From the NCBI GenBank assembly GCA_016871275.1, contig VFZG01000001.1, positions 42,334 through 106,333 on the forward strand: DNA of 64,000 nucleotides, written 5' to 3'. Position 1 is the stretch's first letter. Each line of letters opens with the position of its first letter. The notes under the pieces were generated by a model. That model was given only the letters and a program-made list of their open reading frames with translations, ran no database searches and was not told where the DNA came from. The DNA is from Acidimicrobiia bacterium (lineage in GTDB: Bacteria; Acidobacteriota; Vicinamibacteria; Vicinamibacterales; UBA2999). This document shows positions 37,304 through 46,022 of this stretch, piece by piece. The position numbers were made by a program, and so were the translations under genes.

Positions 37304-37327
37304 AGGCCCGGGTCTCCGGGCCTTTTG
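37304..37327 (+). terminator. Intrinsic terminator after tRNA-Pro
   Basis: AGGCCCGG-GTCT-CCGGGCCT followed by TTTTG. Confidence 0.6.
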
Positions 37328-37393
37328 CTTGTACGGCGGCCGGCAGGGAAGACGGCGCGGCGTGGCCGTCTATCGCAAGCCCTTCGACACCGC

Positions 37394-38785
37394 TCAGGGC
37401 AAGCCGACAGCCACCAAGTGGTTGCGGGTGCGGAACAGAAGCGTGCCGTCGGAGATCGCGGGCGTGGCCATCGCGACTTCGCCGAGCGGGTTCGTCGCCA
37501 GCAACTCGTAGGTTGGACCGGCCTTGACCACGTAGACATCGCCATCTTCGCTGGTGAAGTAGATCCGTCCGCCCGACGCCACCGCTGACGCGGAGAAGCC
37601 GGTCTTGCCGTCGCCGAGCCGCGCCTGATAGTGGCGGGTGCCGGTCTTCGCATCGAACGCGCCCAGTACGCCGTTGTCGCGGCACACGTAGAGAATGTCG
37701 CCGACGACGATGGGCGTCTGCATGTAGCCGCCGTCGCGCTGGTAGCTCCACGCGATGTGCGCGTTCGACGATTCACCGTCCTTGAGCGAGATGTCGCCGG
37801 TCGCCGTCGGCTTGATGGCATAAATCGGCGCCATCTTGCCGTGTGCGTTGGTAATGAACACCAGCCCGTGCGCCGTGATCGGCGTGGGCACCGGAATATC
37901 ACCGCCGCCGGTCATGCGCCACACTTCCTTGCCGGTTTCGAGGTCGTAGCCGCCAATGTGCCTCCAGCCGTTGACGATCACCTGGTCGCGGCCGTTCATC
38001 GAGACGATGGCCGGCGTGCTCCACGTCGGCACATCGGTCCTCGGCGTCCGCCACAACTCCTTGCCCGAGCGGACGTCGAATGCCGCCACGAACGAGCCCT
38101 TCTGGACGTCAGCCTGCAGGATGACGCGGCCATTGTGAATCACGGGGGAACTGGCAAAGCCCCACTGCGCGTCCGGCACCATGAAAAACCCGGAATCGAG
38201 CGTCCCGAACTCCTTCTGCCAGAGCCGCTCGCCGCTCATCGAGTACGCATACATGCCTTCCGAGCCGAACATCGCGACAATGTGTCGGCCATCGGTGGCC
38301 AGGGTGGAGCTGGCGTGCGTGGACTTCGGATGGCGCTTGATGATCGGCACGCCGCGCTTGGCCACGCGCTCCCAGCGCGGCTTGCCCGTACGCTTGTCGA
38401 AGCAGGCCACGATGAACTTGTGCTCGGTTTGATCGAGCACCGAGCCGATGTCGCCGTAGAGACCCACCTTCAGCTGCGGGTCGGGCGTGCCGCTGATGGC
38501 GCTGGCGGTGCAGACCTGGTCGCCCCACACCACCGGGCTCGAGTGGCCCAGGCCGTTGACCGGCACCTTCCACTTGACCAGCCTGGACTCCGGCACACTC
38601 CACTGCAGCGGCAGCGGCTTGGCCTCATCCACGCCGCGTGCCGCAATCCCGCGGAAGCCGGGCCAGTCAACGCCGGCCCGAGGAGCGGATTGGGCCGAAG
38701 CGTTGCCGGCCAGCAGCCATACGGCGGCGGCGAACGCCGTGAACCCCTTGAATGTCCTGAACGATTGCACCGGTGAACCCTTCAT
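37394..38785 (-). CDS. Exported PQQ-like beta-propeller repeat protein (BamB-like fold)
   Basis: Start ATG 38785 (MKGSPVQSF...signal peptide...ASAQ) overlaps the upstream stop (ATGA). Repeated propeller blades with W/G-rich motifs. Confidence 0.7.
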   Translation of the reverse strand: MKGSPVQSFRTFKGFTAFAAAVWLLAGNASAQSAPRAGVDWPGFRGIAARGVDEAKPLPLQWSVPESRLVKWKVPVNGLGHSSPVVWGDQVCTASAISGTPDPQLKVGLYGDIGSVLDQTEHKFIVACFDKRTGKPRWERVAKRGVPIIKRHPKSTHASSTLATDGRHIVAMFGSEGMYAYSMSGERLWQKEFGTLDSGFFMVPDAQWGFASSPVIHNGRVILQADVQKGSFVAAFDVRSGKELWRTPRTDVPTWSTPAIVSMNGRDQVIVNGWRHIGGYDLETGKEVWRMTGGGDIPVPTPITAHGLVFITNAHGKMAPIYAIKPTATGDISLKDGESSNAHIAWSYQRDGGYMQTPIVVGDILYVCRDNGVLGAFDAKTGTRHYQARLGDGKTGFSASAVASGGRIYFTSEDGDVYVVKAGPTYELLATNPLGEVAMATPAISDGTLLFRTRNHLVAVGLP

Positions 38786-39555
38786 GATGGATACCAATTC
38801 GCGAGACGCACCTCGATCCCGTGACGGGACAGTGCATCCGTAAGTTCCTTGAGCCCGCGGGTCGACGGCACCGGCCGCTTGCCGCCGGCAGGAACGGGCC
38901 GGACCCATTCCTGATCGTAGTGATAGGGGTAGACAACCTTTGGCTTGATGGCCGTCAGGCACTCGATCGCCGCCGCCGGTTCCATGCGCTGGAGCGGCAC
39001 GTTGATCGCAAAGAAGATCACGTCAATGCTGCTGGCGCCCCGCACCTCCGGCACACACTCGGTGACGCCGGCCACATAGATCCGTTTGCCGCCCAGCGTG
39101 ACGATGTATCCGTTCGCTTCGCCTTTTGGATGAAACGGCTCGCCGGGCTTGATGTCGTAGGCGGCAGTCGCCTCGATCTTCACGCCGGCGATCTCGCGAG
39201 TGTCGCCGTTCATCATCACGATGCCGTCCGGCACGCCCTTCAGGCCGTTCGACGCCACCACCACCGGCGCGCCGGGTTTGCGAACATGCGCGATGGCCTT
39301 CGGATCGAGATGATGCCCGACATCGTCCGTGATGAGGATCAGGTCCGCGGGCTTGCCCTTCGACAGATCGCTGACGCTCCAGGGATCGATGCGAACCACC
39401 GTGCCGGCGTGTTCGAGCTGAATGTCGGAGTGCGTGAAGGTCGTAATGTCAACCTGACCAACCTGATCGGTGGCCGCCAGCAGCGAGCCGCAGCATACGG
39501 CAGCGATCAAAGACACTTGACGGCCTGATGGCCTGATGGCCTGATGACCCGTCAT
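38782..39555 (-). CDS. MBL-fold hydrolase-like exported protein
   Basis: ADLILITDDVGHHLDP (degenerate HxHxDH region) and overall UlaG/Lactamase_B_3-like length. ATGA overlaps on both sides. The alternative start is GTG 39516. Confidence 0.55.
   Translation of the reverse strand: MTGHQAIRPSGRQVSLIAAVCCGSLLAATDQVGQVDITTFTHSDIQLEHAGTVVRIDPWSVSDLSKGKPADLILITDDVGHHLDPKAIAHVRKPGAPVVVASNGLKGVPDGIVMMNGDTREIAGVKIEATAAYDIKPGEPFHPKGEANGYIVTLGGKRIYVAGVTECVPEVRGASSIDVIFFAINVPLQRMEPAAAIECLTAIKPKVVYPYHYDQEWVRPVPAGGKRPVPSTRGLKELTDALSRHGIEVRLANWYPS
39522..39545. repeat. Perfect 8-nt tandem repeat x3 (GGCCTGAT; ATCAGGCC on the gene strand)
   Basis: Read directly at 39522-29, 39530-37 and 39538-45. It lies in codons 4-12 of the MBL-like ORF. 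Confidence 0.9.
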
Positions 39556-41525
39556 GGCAGCCGGTAGGCGATCAACTCGCCGGGCTTGATCGAGCTGCTC
39601 GAGGCCACCACCACATACTGCTTGCCGTCGAGCATGTAGCTCATCGGCGCACCGGTTTGCGCGCCCGGCATGGCCACCGCACCGACATCAGCGCCAGTCC
39701 GTTTGTCATACGCGCGCAGCATAGCGCCGCGCGATCCATCGGGCATCGTCACCGTGCCGCCTTCGCCCGAGATCACCAGCGTCTTGGTGACGAGGACGCC
39801 GATGCCGCCCGAACTGCCGCCGGCGCCGGCCGGGCGCCCGGTGCGCGGGATGCTGAGGCCCTTCAGCGCCGGATTGTTCCTGATCGCGTCGGGTGTGTCA
39901 CCGTGAGCGACCTGCCAGACCATCTCGCCCTTGTTCAAGTCGATCGCGCTGATGCGGCCATACGGCGGCTTGATGAGCGGCAGGCCCCGCACTGACACGC
40001 CGCCCAGCCCGCCGTCTTCGAGCAGCGCGCCGTTGTTGATGTAGGCCATGTCCGATCGCTTGGGGTCGTTCTCCATCGACAGCACGCGCAGCAGCGCGTG
40101 CGAGTAGACATACATCGTGCCGGTCTCCGGATCGAACGCTCCGCCCGGCCAGTTCGCGCCGTTGGGGATGAACATCGTACCGAGCTTGCCGCCCTCACCT
40201 CGCGCAATCGGCGGCGTGTAAATGGGCCCGTGCTTGTAGCCCTGCAGAATCTTCAAGCCCTCGGCGCGCAGTTCGGGCGTGAAGTCGATCACCATGTCCT
40301 CGGTGAAGCCACTTCGTTCGAACGCCGGCGGCCTGGTGGGGAAGGGCTGCGTCGGTGAATACCACTCACGCGGCAACGTCCCTCGTTCGACGGGGCGCTC
40401 CTCGATCGGCCACACCGGCTCGCCGGTCTTGCGATCGAACACGAAGGTGAAACCCTGCTTGGTCGGCTGCGCGACCGCGGCAATGTTACGGCCGTTGACC
40501 GTGATGTCGACCAGCATTGGCGCGCACGGGATGTCGTAGTCCCAGATTGGGTGGTGCACGGTCTGGAAGTGCCAGATGCGCTTGCCGGTCTGCAGATCGA
40601 CCGCGACCAGGCTCGCGCCGAAGAGATTGTTGCCGGGCCGGTGACCGCCGAAGTAGTCGCCGGTCGGATCTTCCACCGGCAGGTACGCCATGCCGAGGTT
40701 CTCATCGACCGCAATCTGCGACCACACACCGGTATTGCCGGTGTACTCGGCCGACTTCTCGAGCCAGGAGTCATGCCCAAACTCCCCGGGCTGCGGGATG
40801 GTGTGGAAGATCCACAGCCGCCTGCCGGTCCGGGCGTCGAAGCCGCGGATGTAGCCCTTGGTGTTCCGCATGCTCCGCGGGGCCTGGCCCGATCGGTGCG
40901 AGGCGCCGATGATGACGACGTTCTTCGCGACGACCGGCGCGCCATTCCACGCCACCTCGCCTTCGATCGGATCGATGTCCTGATCGTTGTCCTTCTTCAG
41001 GTCAACCACGCCGTTGACGCCAAAGTCCTTCAGCGGAATACCGGTCTTCGCGTCCAGGCCGACCAGCTGATACCCGATCGTGACGTAGAAAATGCGCTCG
41101 TCACCCTTGCCGTCGGTCCAGTAGCCGACACCGCGTCCCGACAGCCGGCGCGCGGAGCGCTCCGCCCGGCGGCCCTCCTCGAGGCGATGCATCCACAGCA
41201 GCTCACCGGTGGCGGCATTGAGCGCCACGGCATTGCGGTGCTCGCCGGCCGTGGCATACAGCACGCGGCCAATCATCAGCGGCGTGGTCTGCAGGTTGTA
41301 GTCCGGACGGGCGCCGAAATTGTCGGTGCGGAACCGCCAGGCCACCTCGAGCGCATTGAAGTTCGCCGCGGTGATCTGATCGAGCGGCGCGTAGCGGGTG
41401 ACGCCGAGATCGCCGCCCCAGGTGCGCCACTCGCCGTCCGTCGTGCCTCGCTGGGCGGACGCTGTCGAAGTCAGCAGTGAGAAGAGAGAAGGGAGAAGCA
41501 GGAAAGCCGACGCGTAGCTTCTCAC
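39552..41525 (-). CDS. PQQ-dependent dehydrogenase (8-bladed quinoprotein, glucose/alcohol dehydrogenase superfamily), exported
   Basis: GEWRTWGGDLGVTRYAPLDQITAANFNALEVAWRF start of the propeller, HHPIWDYD active-site region, 657 aa. Start at GTG 41525 (VRSYASAFLLLPSLFSLLTSTASA signal peptide). Confidence 0.85.
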   Translation of the reverse strand: MRSYASAFLLLPSLFSLLTSTASAQRGTTDGEWRTWGGDLGVTRYAPLDQITAANFNALEVAWRFRTDNFGARPDYNLQTTPLMIGRVLYATAGEHRNAVALNAATGELLWMHRLEEGRRAERSARRLSGRGVGYWTDGKGDERIFYVTIGYQLVGLDAKTGIPLKDFGVNGVVDLKKDNDQDIDPIEGEVAWNGAPVVAKNVVIIGASHRSGQAPRSMRNTKGYIRGFDARTGRRLWIFHTIPQPGEFGHDSWLEKSAEYTGNTGVWSQIAVDENLGMAYLPVEDPTGDYFGGHRPGNNLFGASLVAVDLQTGKRIWHFQTVHHPIWDYDIPCAPMLVDITVNGRNIAAVAQPTKQGFTFVFDRKTGEPVWPIEERPVERGTLPREWYSPTQPFPTRPPAFERSGFTEDMVIDFTPELRAEGLKILQGYKHGPIYTPPIARGEGGKLGTMFIPNGANWPGGAFDPETGTMYVYSHALLRVLSMENDPKRSDMAYINNGALLEDGGLGGVSVRGLPLIKPPYGRISAIDLNKGEMVWQVAHGDTPDAIRNNPALKGLSIPRTGRPAGAGGSSGGIGVLVTKTLVISGEGGTVTMPDGSRGAMLRAYDKRTGADVGAVAMPGAQTGAPMSYMLDGKQYVVVASSSSIKPGELIAYRLP

Positions 41526-41544
41526 TTTGCTCTTCTCCCTTCTC
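41486..41544 (-). promoter_or_regulatory. Inverted repeat able to sequester the SD/start codon of the PQQ dehydrogenase gene
   Basis: GAGAAGGGAGAAG (41486..41498, + strand) and its exact reverse complement (41532..41544) flank GTG 41525. Part of a purine-rich AGTGAGA 14-mer tandem array spanning 41518..41562. Confidence 0.5.
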
Positions 41545-41556
41545 ACTTCTCTCCTC

Positions 41557-43686
41557 TCACTTCGCCAGCGGGTCCGGGCGCAGCTGCACATGATAGACCT
41601 TGCTGGTCGTGCCCTTGCCCGTTTCCATGTGGTACGGCGTGCGCGTGCTGATGGTAGCCCACAACCCGCGGCCCTTCCAGCCGGCCTTGGGATCGTCAAT
41701 GCGGCCGTCCATCCACTTCGTATAGAAACCCGTGGGGTAGGGGATCCGCAGCACAACCCATGTGCCGTCCTTCAGTGCGAGCAAGCCCTCCGACGCGTTG
41801 CCGGTGTTGATTGGGATGTTCTCGCCAAGACCGAGTGCGCCGAACTGATCGACCCAGGTGTAATAGCTTCCTTCCACGCTGCCGCCGTCACTGACGCCGC
41901 GGAACTGGGGCAACGGCTCCGTGTACAGCGTCCACCCTTCGGGGCAGTGCTGGCCGGTGGCGGTCGGGCCGTTCAGCACCTTGCACTTCCGCCGATCGAA
42001 GCTGGCCAGGTGGCCGCTGGCCAGCGCCGCCCAGAACACGCCGTTGCGATCGACGTCGCCGCCGCGCGGGGAGAAGCCGGGCCGCTTCGGATCGCGGAAC
42101 GGCGGCTCGTACACTTCCGCAAGCGCGGTCTCCGCCGGATTGGCACCGGGAACCAGGCGCACCACCTGGCCGGGATACCCCAGCACCGTGCCCCAAATCG
42201 ATCCGTCCGGAGCCGGTGCCACTGAATAGAAGGCCGCGCCGAATCGCTTGTCCCTGGCCGGATCGACGGGCTCGTTCGGCTCCACGAACGCGTCGCGCCG
42301 GCCGTTGCCGTTGGTATCCATGATCAGCGGCGTCCAGCCCTGCGACCGCTGCACGTCGCCGGTCTCATCGAACAGCTTGCGGTTCAACCAGCCGACCACC
42401 TGGCCGCCACCGCTGGTCCACAACGTGTGATTGGCGTCCTCGGCAAACATCAGGTGATGCGTGCCGAAGCAGGTTTCAATGTGCGTCAGCTTTTTCGCCG
42501 CCGGGTCATAGACCTGCAAATGGCGCCCGCTTCGCTGGATCGGAAACAACTTTGCCGACGGATGGCTCGATCCTTCCCTGCACCACGCGGGATTCTCCGG
42601 CCCACGCACCGCCGAGGTCAGCCACAGCCGGCCCTTCTCGTCGAGCATCGGGTTATGCACGTTGTTCTTGCTCGTCCAGATCACTTCATCGCCCCAGTAC
42701 GGCGACGGCGCGGGCATCTTCGGATTGGTGGGCGGCGTATTCGGATCGCCGACCGTGAGCGGGATGCGATCGATCGAATGCGTCTTCGGGTCGAGAACCG
42801 GCACGTAGTCGGAGCTGAGTTCGAGCGCGCCATAAAGCGGGCCGTGCGCATTGACGGTCGGATTGCGCCGATCGGTCGACACGACGTCGTGCAAGTAGGA
42901 TTTCGGATCGGCCCAGTCCCACATCGTGATGACGACGTTGCGCTCCACGCCCTGGGGGCGCGGCGGCGCCGGTGGCACCTCCCCCCGGTTGACGCGGTCT
43001 GTCCAGTCGGCAAAGAGCAGCAGGGCGCGCTCCTTGCCCATGTTGTTGACGCCGTTCACCATCTGCCCGCCCGCCTGGCCCGAGGCGATGCGGCGCTCCC
43101 AGGCCTGCACGAGCGAGGGAAAGGTGCCGAGCTCCCTGGGAATCTCGCGCGTGCCCTTCGTGCCGAGCTGGTGGCACGCCGTGCATCCGCCCGACTTTAC
43201 CATTCGCACCCAATCCTGCTGGCTGCGGACGTTGGGCGAAATGCCGTTGCCTTGCGGCCCGGTGCCGGGAAATTCGCCGGCTTCGGGAACACGCAGCATC
43301 GACAACCAGTAGCCGGCTGGATAGTACTGCGCGGCCGCATGATCGTTGGGCGCAATCACCGCCGTCAGATTCACTGCCTGCCCGGGCACCGTGTTCACGC
43401 GCGGGGAATCCACCAGCCCATAGCCGCGAACGAACACCGAAAAGTTCGCTTTCGGAAGATCGGGCACGAGGTAGCGGCCCTGGGCGTCGGTGACGACGAT
43501 TTTCACGTACGGCGTTGGCAGGTCCTTCGTCTCGGCGATCACCCAGACGCCGGCCTCGGGCCCCTTGCTGCTCCGCACCACGCCGGCAAGATCGTCGGCG
43601 TCGGCCGCTGGCGCCGGTGGCTGTCGCGCGCTGAGGGTTGCGACGGCGACACCACTTGCCAGGACAACCAGGAATATCCGCTTCAT
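41557..43686 (-). CDS. Exported CarboxypepD_reg-like domain + c-type heme (CxxCH) + large C-terminal beta-rich domain protein
   Basis: Start ATG 43686 (MKRIFLVVLASGVAVATLSA). VVTDAQGRYLVPDLPKANFSVFVRGYGL (carboxypeptidase-regulatory-like fold). GGCTACHQ heme c motif. Confidence 0.65.
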   Translation of the reverse strand: MKRIFLVVLASGVAVATLSARQPPAPAADADDLAGVVRSSKGPEAGVWVIAETKDLPTPYVKIVVTDAQGRYLVPDLPKANFSVFVRGYGLVDSPRVNTVPGQAVNLTAVIAPNDHAAAQYYPAGYWLSMLRVPEAGEFPGTGPQGNGISPNVRSQQDWVRMVKSGGCTACHQLGTKGTREIPRELGTFPSLVQAWERRIASGQAGGQMVNGVNNMGKERALLLFADWTDRVNRGEVPPAPPRPQGVERNVVITMWDWADPKSYLHDVVSTDRRNPTVNAHGPLYGALELSSDYVPVLDPKTHSIDRIPLTVGDPNTPPTNPKMPAPSPYWGDEVIWTSKNNVHNPMLDEKGRLWLTSAVRGPENPAWCREGSSHPSAKLFPIQRSGRHLQVYDPAAKKLTHIETCFGTHHLMFAEDANHTLWTSGGGQVVGWLNRKLFDETGDVQRSQGWTPLIMDTNGNGRRDAFVEPNEPVDPARDKRFGAAFYSVAPAPDGSIWGTVLGYPGQVVRLVPGANPAETALAEVYEPPFRDPKRPGFSPRGGDVDRNGVFWAALASGHLASFDRRKCKVLNGPTATGQHCPEGWTLYTEPLPQFRGVSDGGSVEGSYYTWVDQFGALGLGENIPINTGNASEGLLALKDGTWVVLRIPYPTGFYTKWMDGRIDDPKAGWKGRGLWATISTRTPYHMETGKGTTSKVYHVQLRPDPLAK

Positions 43687-43720
43687 TGCTGTGTCCTCAA
43701 CAGTCCGCCGGAGGCGGAGG

Positions 43721-45196
43721 CTACCGCTTCGGTGCGTCGTTGGTCGAGCGAGTGCGGCGCTTCGCGAGCTCCTCGTGGTACTGCTCGTCGCTGAGAAACG
43801 CGATGTCCGTCCATCCGTGGCCCATTTCATCCATCGTCCGCGATCCCCATCCAATCCATGCAGTGGGATCCGGATTGTGCCGGTTGTTCGCCGTGTTGTC
43901 GTGGATAGACACCGTGTGCAGGATCGTGCCAGCCGGAAAGAGGTGCGGCACCTTGTACTTGTAGGTGACCTGCCAGTTCTGTTCGTAGTGCGTGGCATTG
44001 GTCAGGATCTCGCGGCGGCCGTCGGGATGAATCGCCTCCAGCAGCATCTTCGAGCCCCGGAAGTGCATGTGCGGCTGGAAGCTGATGATCAGCGCCGGCT
44101 TCGGCAACGGGAAGTAGCGGTCGTGCGTCACGACGCTGTTCGGGGGAATGCTCAGGAACGCGGCACTGTGCAGCGGGTTTTCGGCCACCAGGGCGCCGGT
44201 CGGCATCGCCGGCTCGTCAATGGCGATCTTGTGTCCCGCACGCAGCAGCAGGTCTTCGACGCGCTCGCGATTCAGCACCCAGTCGTTGCCGACGCCGGTG
44301 CGGATGCGGTGTGACGTGACGACGTGTTCGGGCTGGTAGCCTTTTGGATAGAACTTGACGCCCACGCGCATGCGGTCGAAGGCCTCTTCACCGTACGGGT
44401 GATAGTGGCCTTCGAAGCGGAAGATCGATCCCTTGGGCAGCATCTTCGACGTGCCGTCGGGGAAAATGTCCGCGTCGTTGCCCGCGCCGTACTCGATCAA
44501 GTCCATCGAGTTGCCGACGTTGGAGCCCATGTTGAGGCCCAGGGCGGCGCGATCGACGTCCTCGGGCAGATCGACATAGACGTGCGCATGGTGCACGGCG
44601 CGCCACGCATCGGGAATGATCTGCACCCATTTCACATGGCGATCCTCGGTGAGCTTCGGATCGACGTGCTCTTCAGGAATGAAGTCCGGACCGGTCGCCG
44701 GAATCCTGAATCCCTTCTCCATGCGCACGATGAGATCGGGCTCACCGTAGGTCCACTCGGTGCTGGGCGGAAACACGCGCGGCGCCGGCGCATCGGCCCG
44801 GTTGCCTTCGGGTGCGCCCGCATCGATCCAGGCCGCGATGGTGGCGACTTCCTGGTCGCTCAGCGACGGATCGTTCGAGTACTCGCCGATGCTGCGATCG
44901 ATGTGCCAGGGCGGCATCTCGCGATTGGTGACCTTGGTCTTGATCGATCGCGCCCAGGGGCGCGCCTCGGCGTAGGTCAGCAGCGACATCGGCGCCGGCG
45001 TACCGGGCCGATGGCAGGACTGGCAGGATTTCTGGAGAATCGGCAGGACATCCCTGCTGAATGTCGGCGCCGATTGCCTGTTCTCCGTCGCGCCGGGCGC
45101 GGAGGCGGCGGCATGGGTGACCGACCGGGCCGGGAAGAGCAGGCTGAGGGCAAACGCCGCGACGCTGACACCGGCAATCCGCAAAATGGTGACCAT
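43721..45196 (-). CDS. Membrane-anchored/exported c-type heme domain fused to a copper type II ascorbate-dependent monooxygenase-like (PHM/DBH-like) domain
   Basis: Start ATG 45196, preceded by GGGAGG. SCQSCH heme motif. His pattern HHAH...(63 aa)...HYH and HMH...(77-80 aa)...MDEM resembles the CuH/CuM ligand spacing of PHM as I recall it. Confidence 0.5.
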   Translation of the reverse strand: MVTILRIAGVSVAAFALSLLFPARSVTHAAASAPGATENRQSAPTFSRDVLPILQKSCQSCHRPGTPAPMSLLTYAEARPWARSIKTKVTNREMPPWHIDRSIGEYSNDPSLSDQEVATIAAWIDAGAPEGNRADAPAPRVFPPSTEWTYGEPDLIVRMEKGFRIPATGPDFIPEEHVDPKLTEDRHVKWVQIIPDAWRAVHHAHVYVDLPEDVDRAALGLNMGSNVGNSMDLIEYGAGNDADIFPDGTSKMLPKGSIFRFEGHYHPYGEEAFDRMRVGVKFYPKGYQPEHVVTSHRIRTGVGNDWVLNRERVEDLLLRAGHKIAIDEPAMPTGALVAENPLHSAAFLSIPPNSVVTHDRYFPLPKPALIISFQPHMHFRGSKMLLEAIHPDGRREILTNATHYEQNWQVTYKYKVPHLFPAGTILHTVSIHDNTANNRHNPDPTAWIGWGSRTMDEMGHGWTDIAFLSDEQYHEELAKRRTRSTNDAPKR

Positions 45197-45231
45197 GAGG
45201 CCTCCCAGAGTTAAGGCATACTCTAGCATCT

Positions 45232-46008
45232 ATGCCTGTCTTGCCGAAGCGCCTGAGCGGAGGCGGAAGACGCCTCGCGGCCTGCGTGCTGCTTGGTTTC
45301 GTGGTCATCGGCGCCAGACCGTCGGCACAGCAGAACCAACCCATTTACCCCGCCTACGACGGCTTTCTCAAGAACCCCGACGGCAGCTACACCCTGGCCT
45401 TTGCGTACTTCAGCCACAACGCCGATCCCGTGACGATCGCGCCGGGCGCGGGCAACTCCTTCGCGCCGGCGCCAGGCGACCGGATGCAGCCGACGACCTT
45501 CAAGCCGGGGCATTGGCGCTTCCAGTGCGTGATGGTCGTGCCCGCGGACTTCGACGGCAAAATGCGGTGGTCGCTGACCTACGGCGGCGTGACCACCGGC
45601 ACCAGCGAGCGCATGCTGCAGTCGAACTGGAACCTGGTCGAGGGCGCCGCCCAACTGGCGAAGATTGATTTCGCGAAGGTGCCGAAAGGTGTGTGCCTGA
45701 ATCAGCCGCCGACCGTGCGCGTGCTCGGCGTGGTTGCGAATCCGAAGACGCCGCCCACGCTGAAGGCGAGTCTGAACGAAGAGCTCAACCTGTTCGGCAG
45801 CGCGCACGACGAAGGCCTGCCCCGCGGCAAGGGGCTGGTCGTCGAATGGAAGCTGCTGGCGGGACCCGGCACTGTGACGTTCACGATCCCCGGATCGGCG
45901 CGCACCAAGGCGCGCTTCTCGGCTCCGGGCATCTACGAGCTCGAGCTCACGGCAACGGATTCCGAGTTTACCCGCAGCACTCGCGTCCATGTGAGTGTCG
46001 GCTCGTGA
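45232..46008 (+). CDS. Hypothetical exported protein with C-terminal Ig/PKD-like domain
   Basis: Signal-like N-terminus LAACVLLGFVVIGARPSAQQ. C-terminal beta-sandwich-like segment VEWKLLAGPGTVTFT...YELELTATD. Confidence 0.5.
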   Translation: MPVLPKRLSGGGRRLAACVLLGFVVIGARPSAQQNQPIYPAYDGFLKNPDGSYTLAFAYFSHNADPVTIAPGAGNSFAPAPGDRMQPTTFKPGHWRFQCVMVVPADFDGKMRWSLTYGGVTTGTSERMLQSNWNLVEGAAQLAKIDFAKVPKGVCLNQPPTVRVLGVVANPKTPPTLKASLNEELNLFGSAHDEGLPRGKGLVVEWKLLAGPGTVTFTIPGSARTKARFSAPGIYELELTATDSEFTRSTRVHVSVGS

Positions 46009-46022
46009 GGTAGCATTCCAGG

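Noticed and set aside
40533-40544. WDYD in the PQQ dehydrogenase as a lanthanide-dependence signature (the DYD motif of XoxF/ExaF-type enzymes).
   Set aside because: The surrounding sequence (HHPIWDYDIPCAPMLVD) resembles the glucose-dehydrogenase-type region (HHDLWDMD...) as I recall it. That region also has D-x-D without implying lanthanides. The DYD rule is only validated within the methanol/ethanol dehydrogenase clades.
45197-45231. Back-to-back start codons 45229 (-) and 45232 (+), only 2 nt apart.
   Set aside because: The minus gene more plausibly starts at ATG 45196, which has a GGGAGG SD 5 nt upstream. That leaves a short (35-bp) but not impossible divergent spacer.
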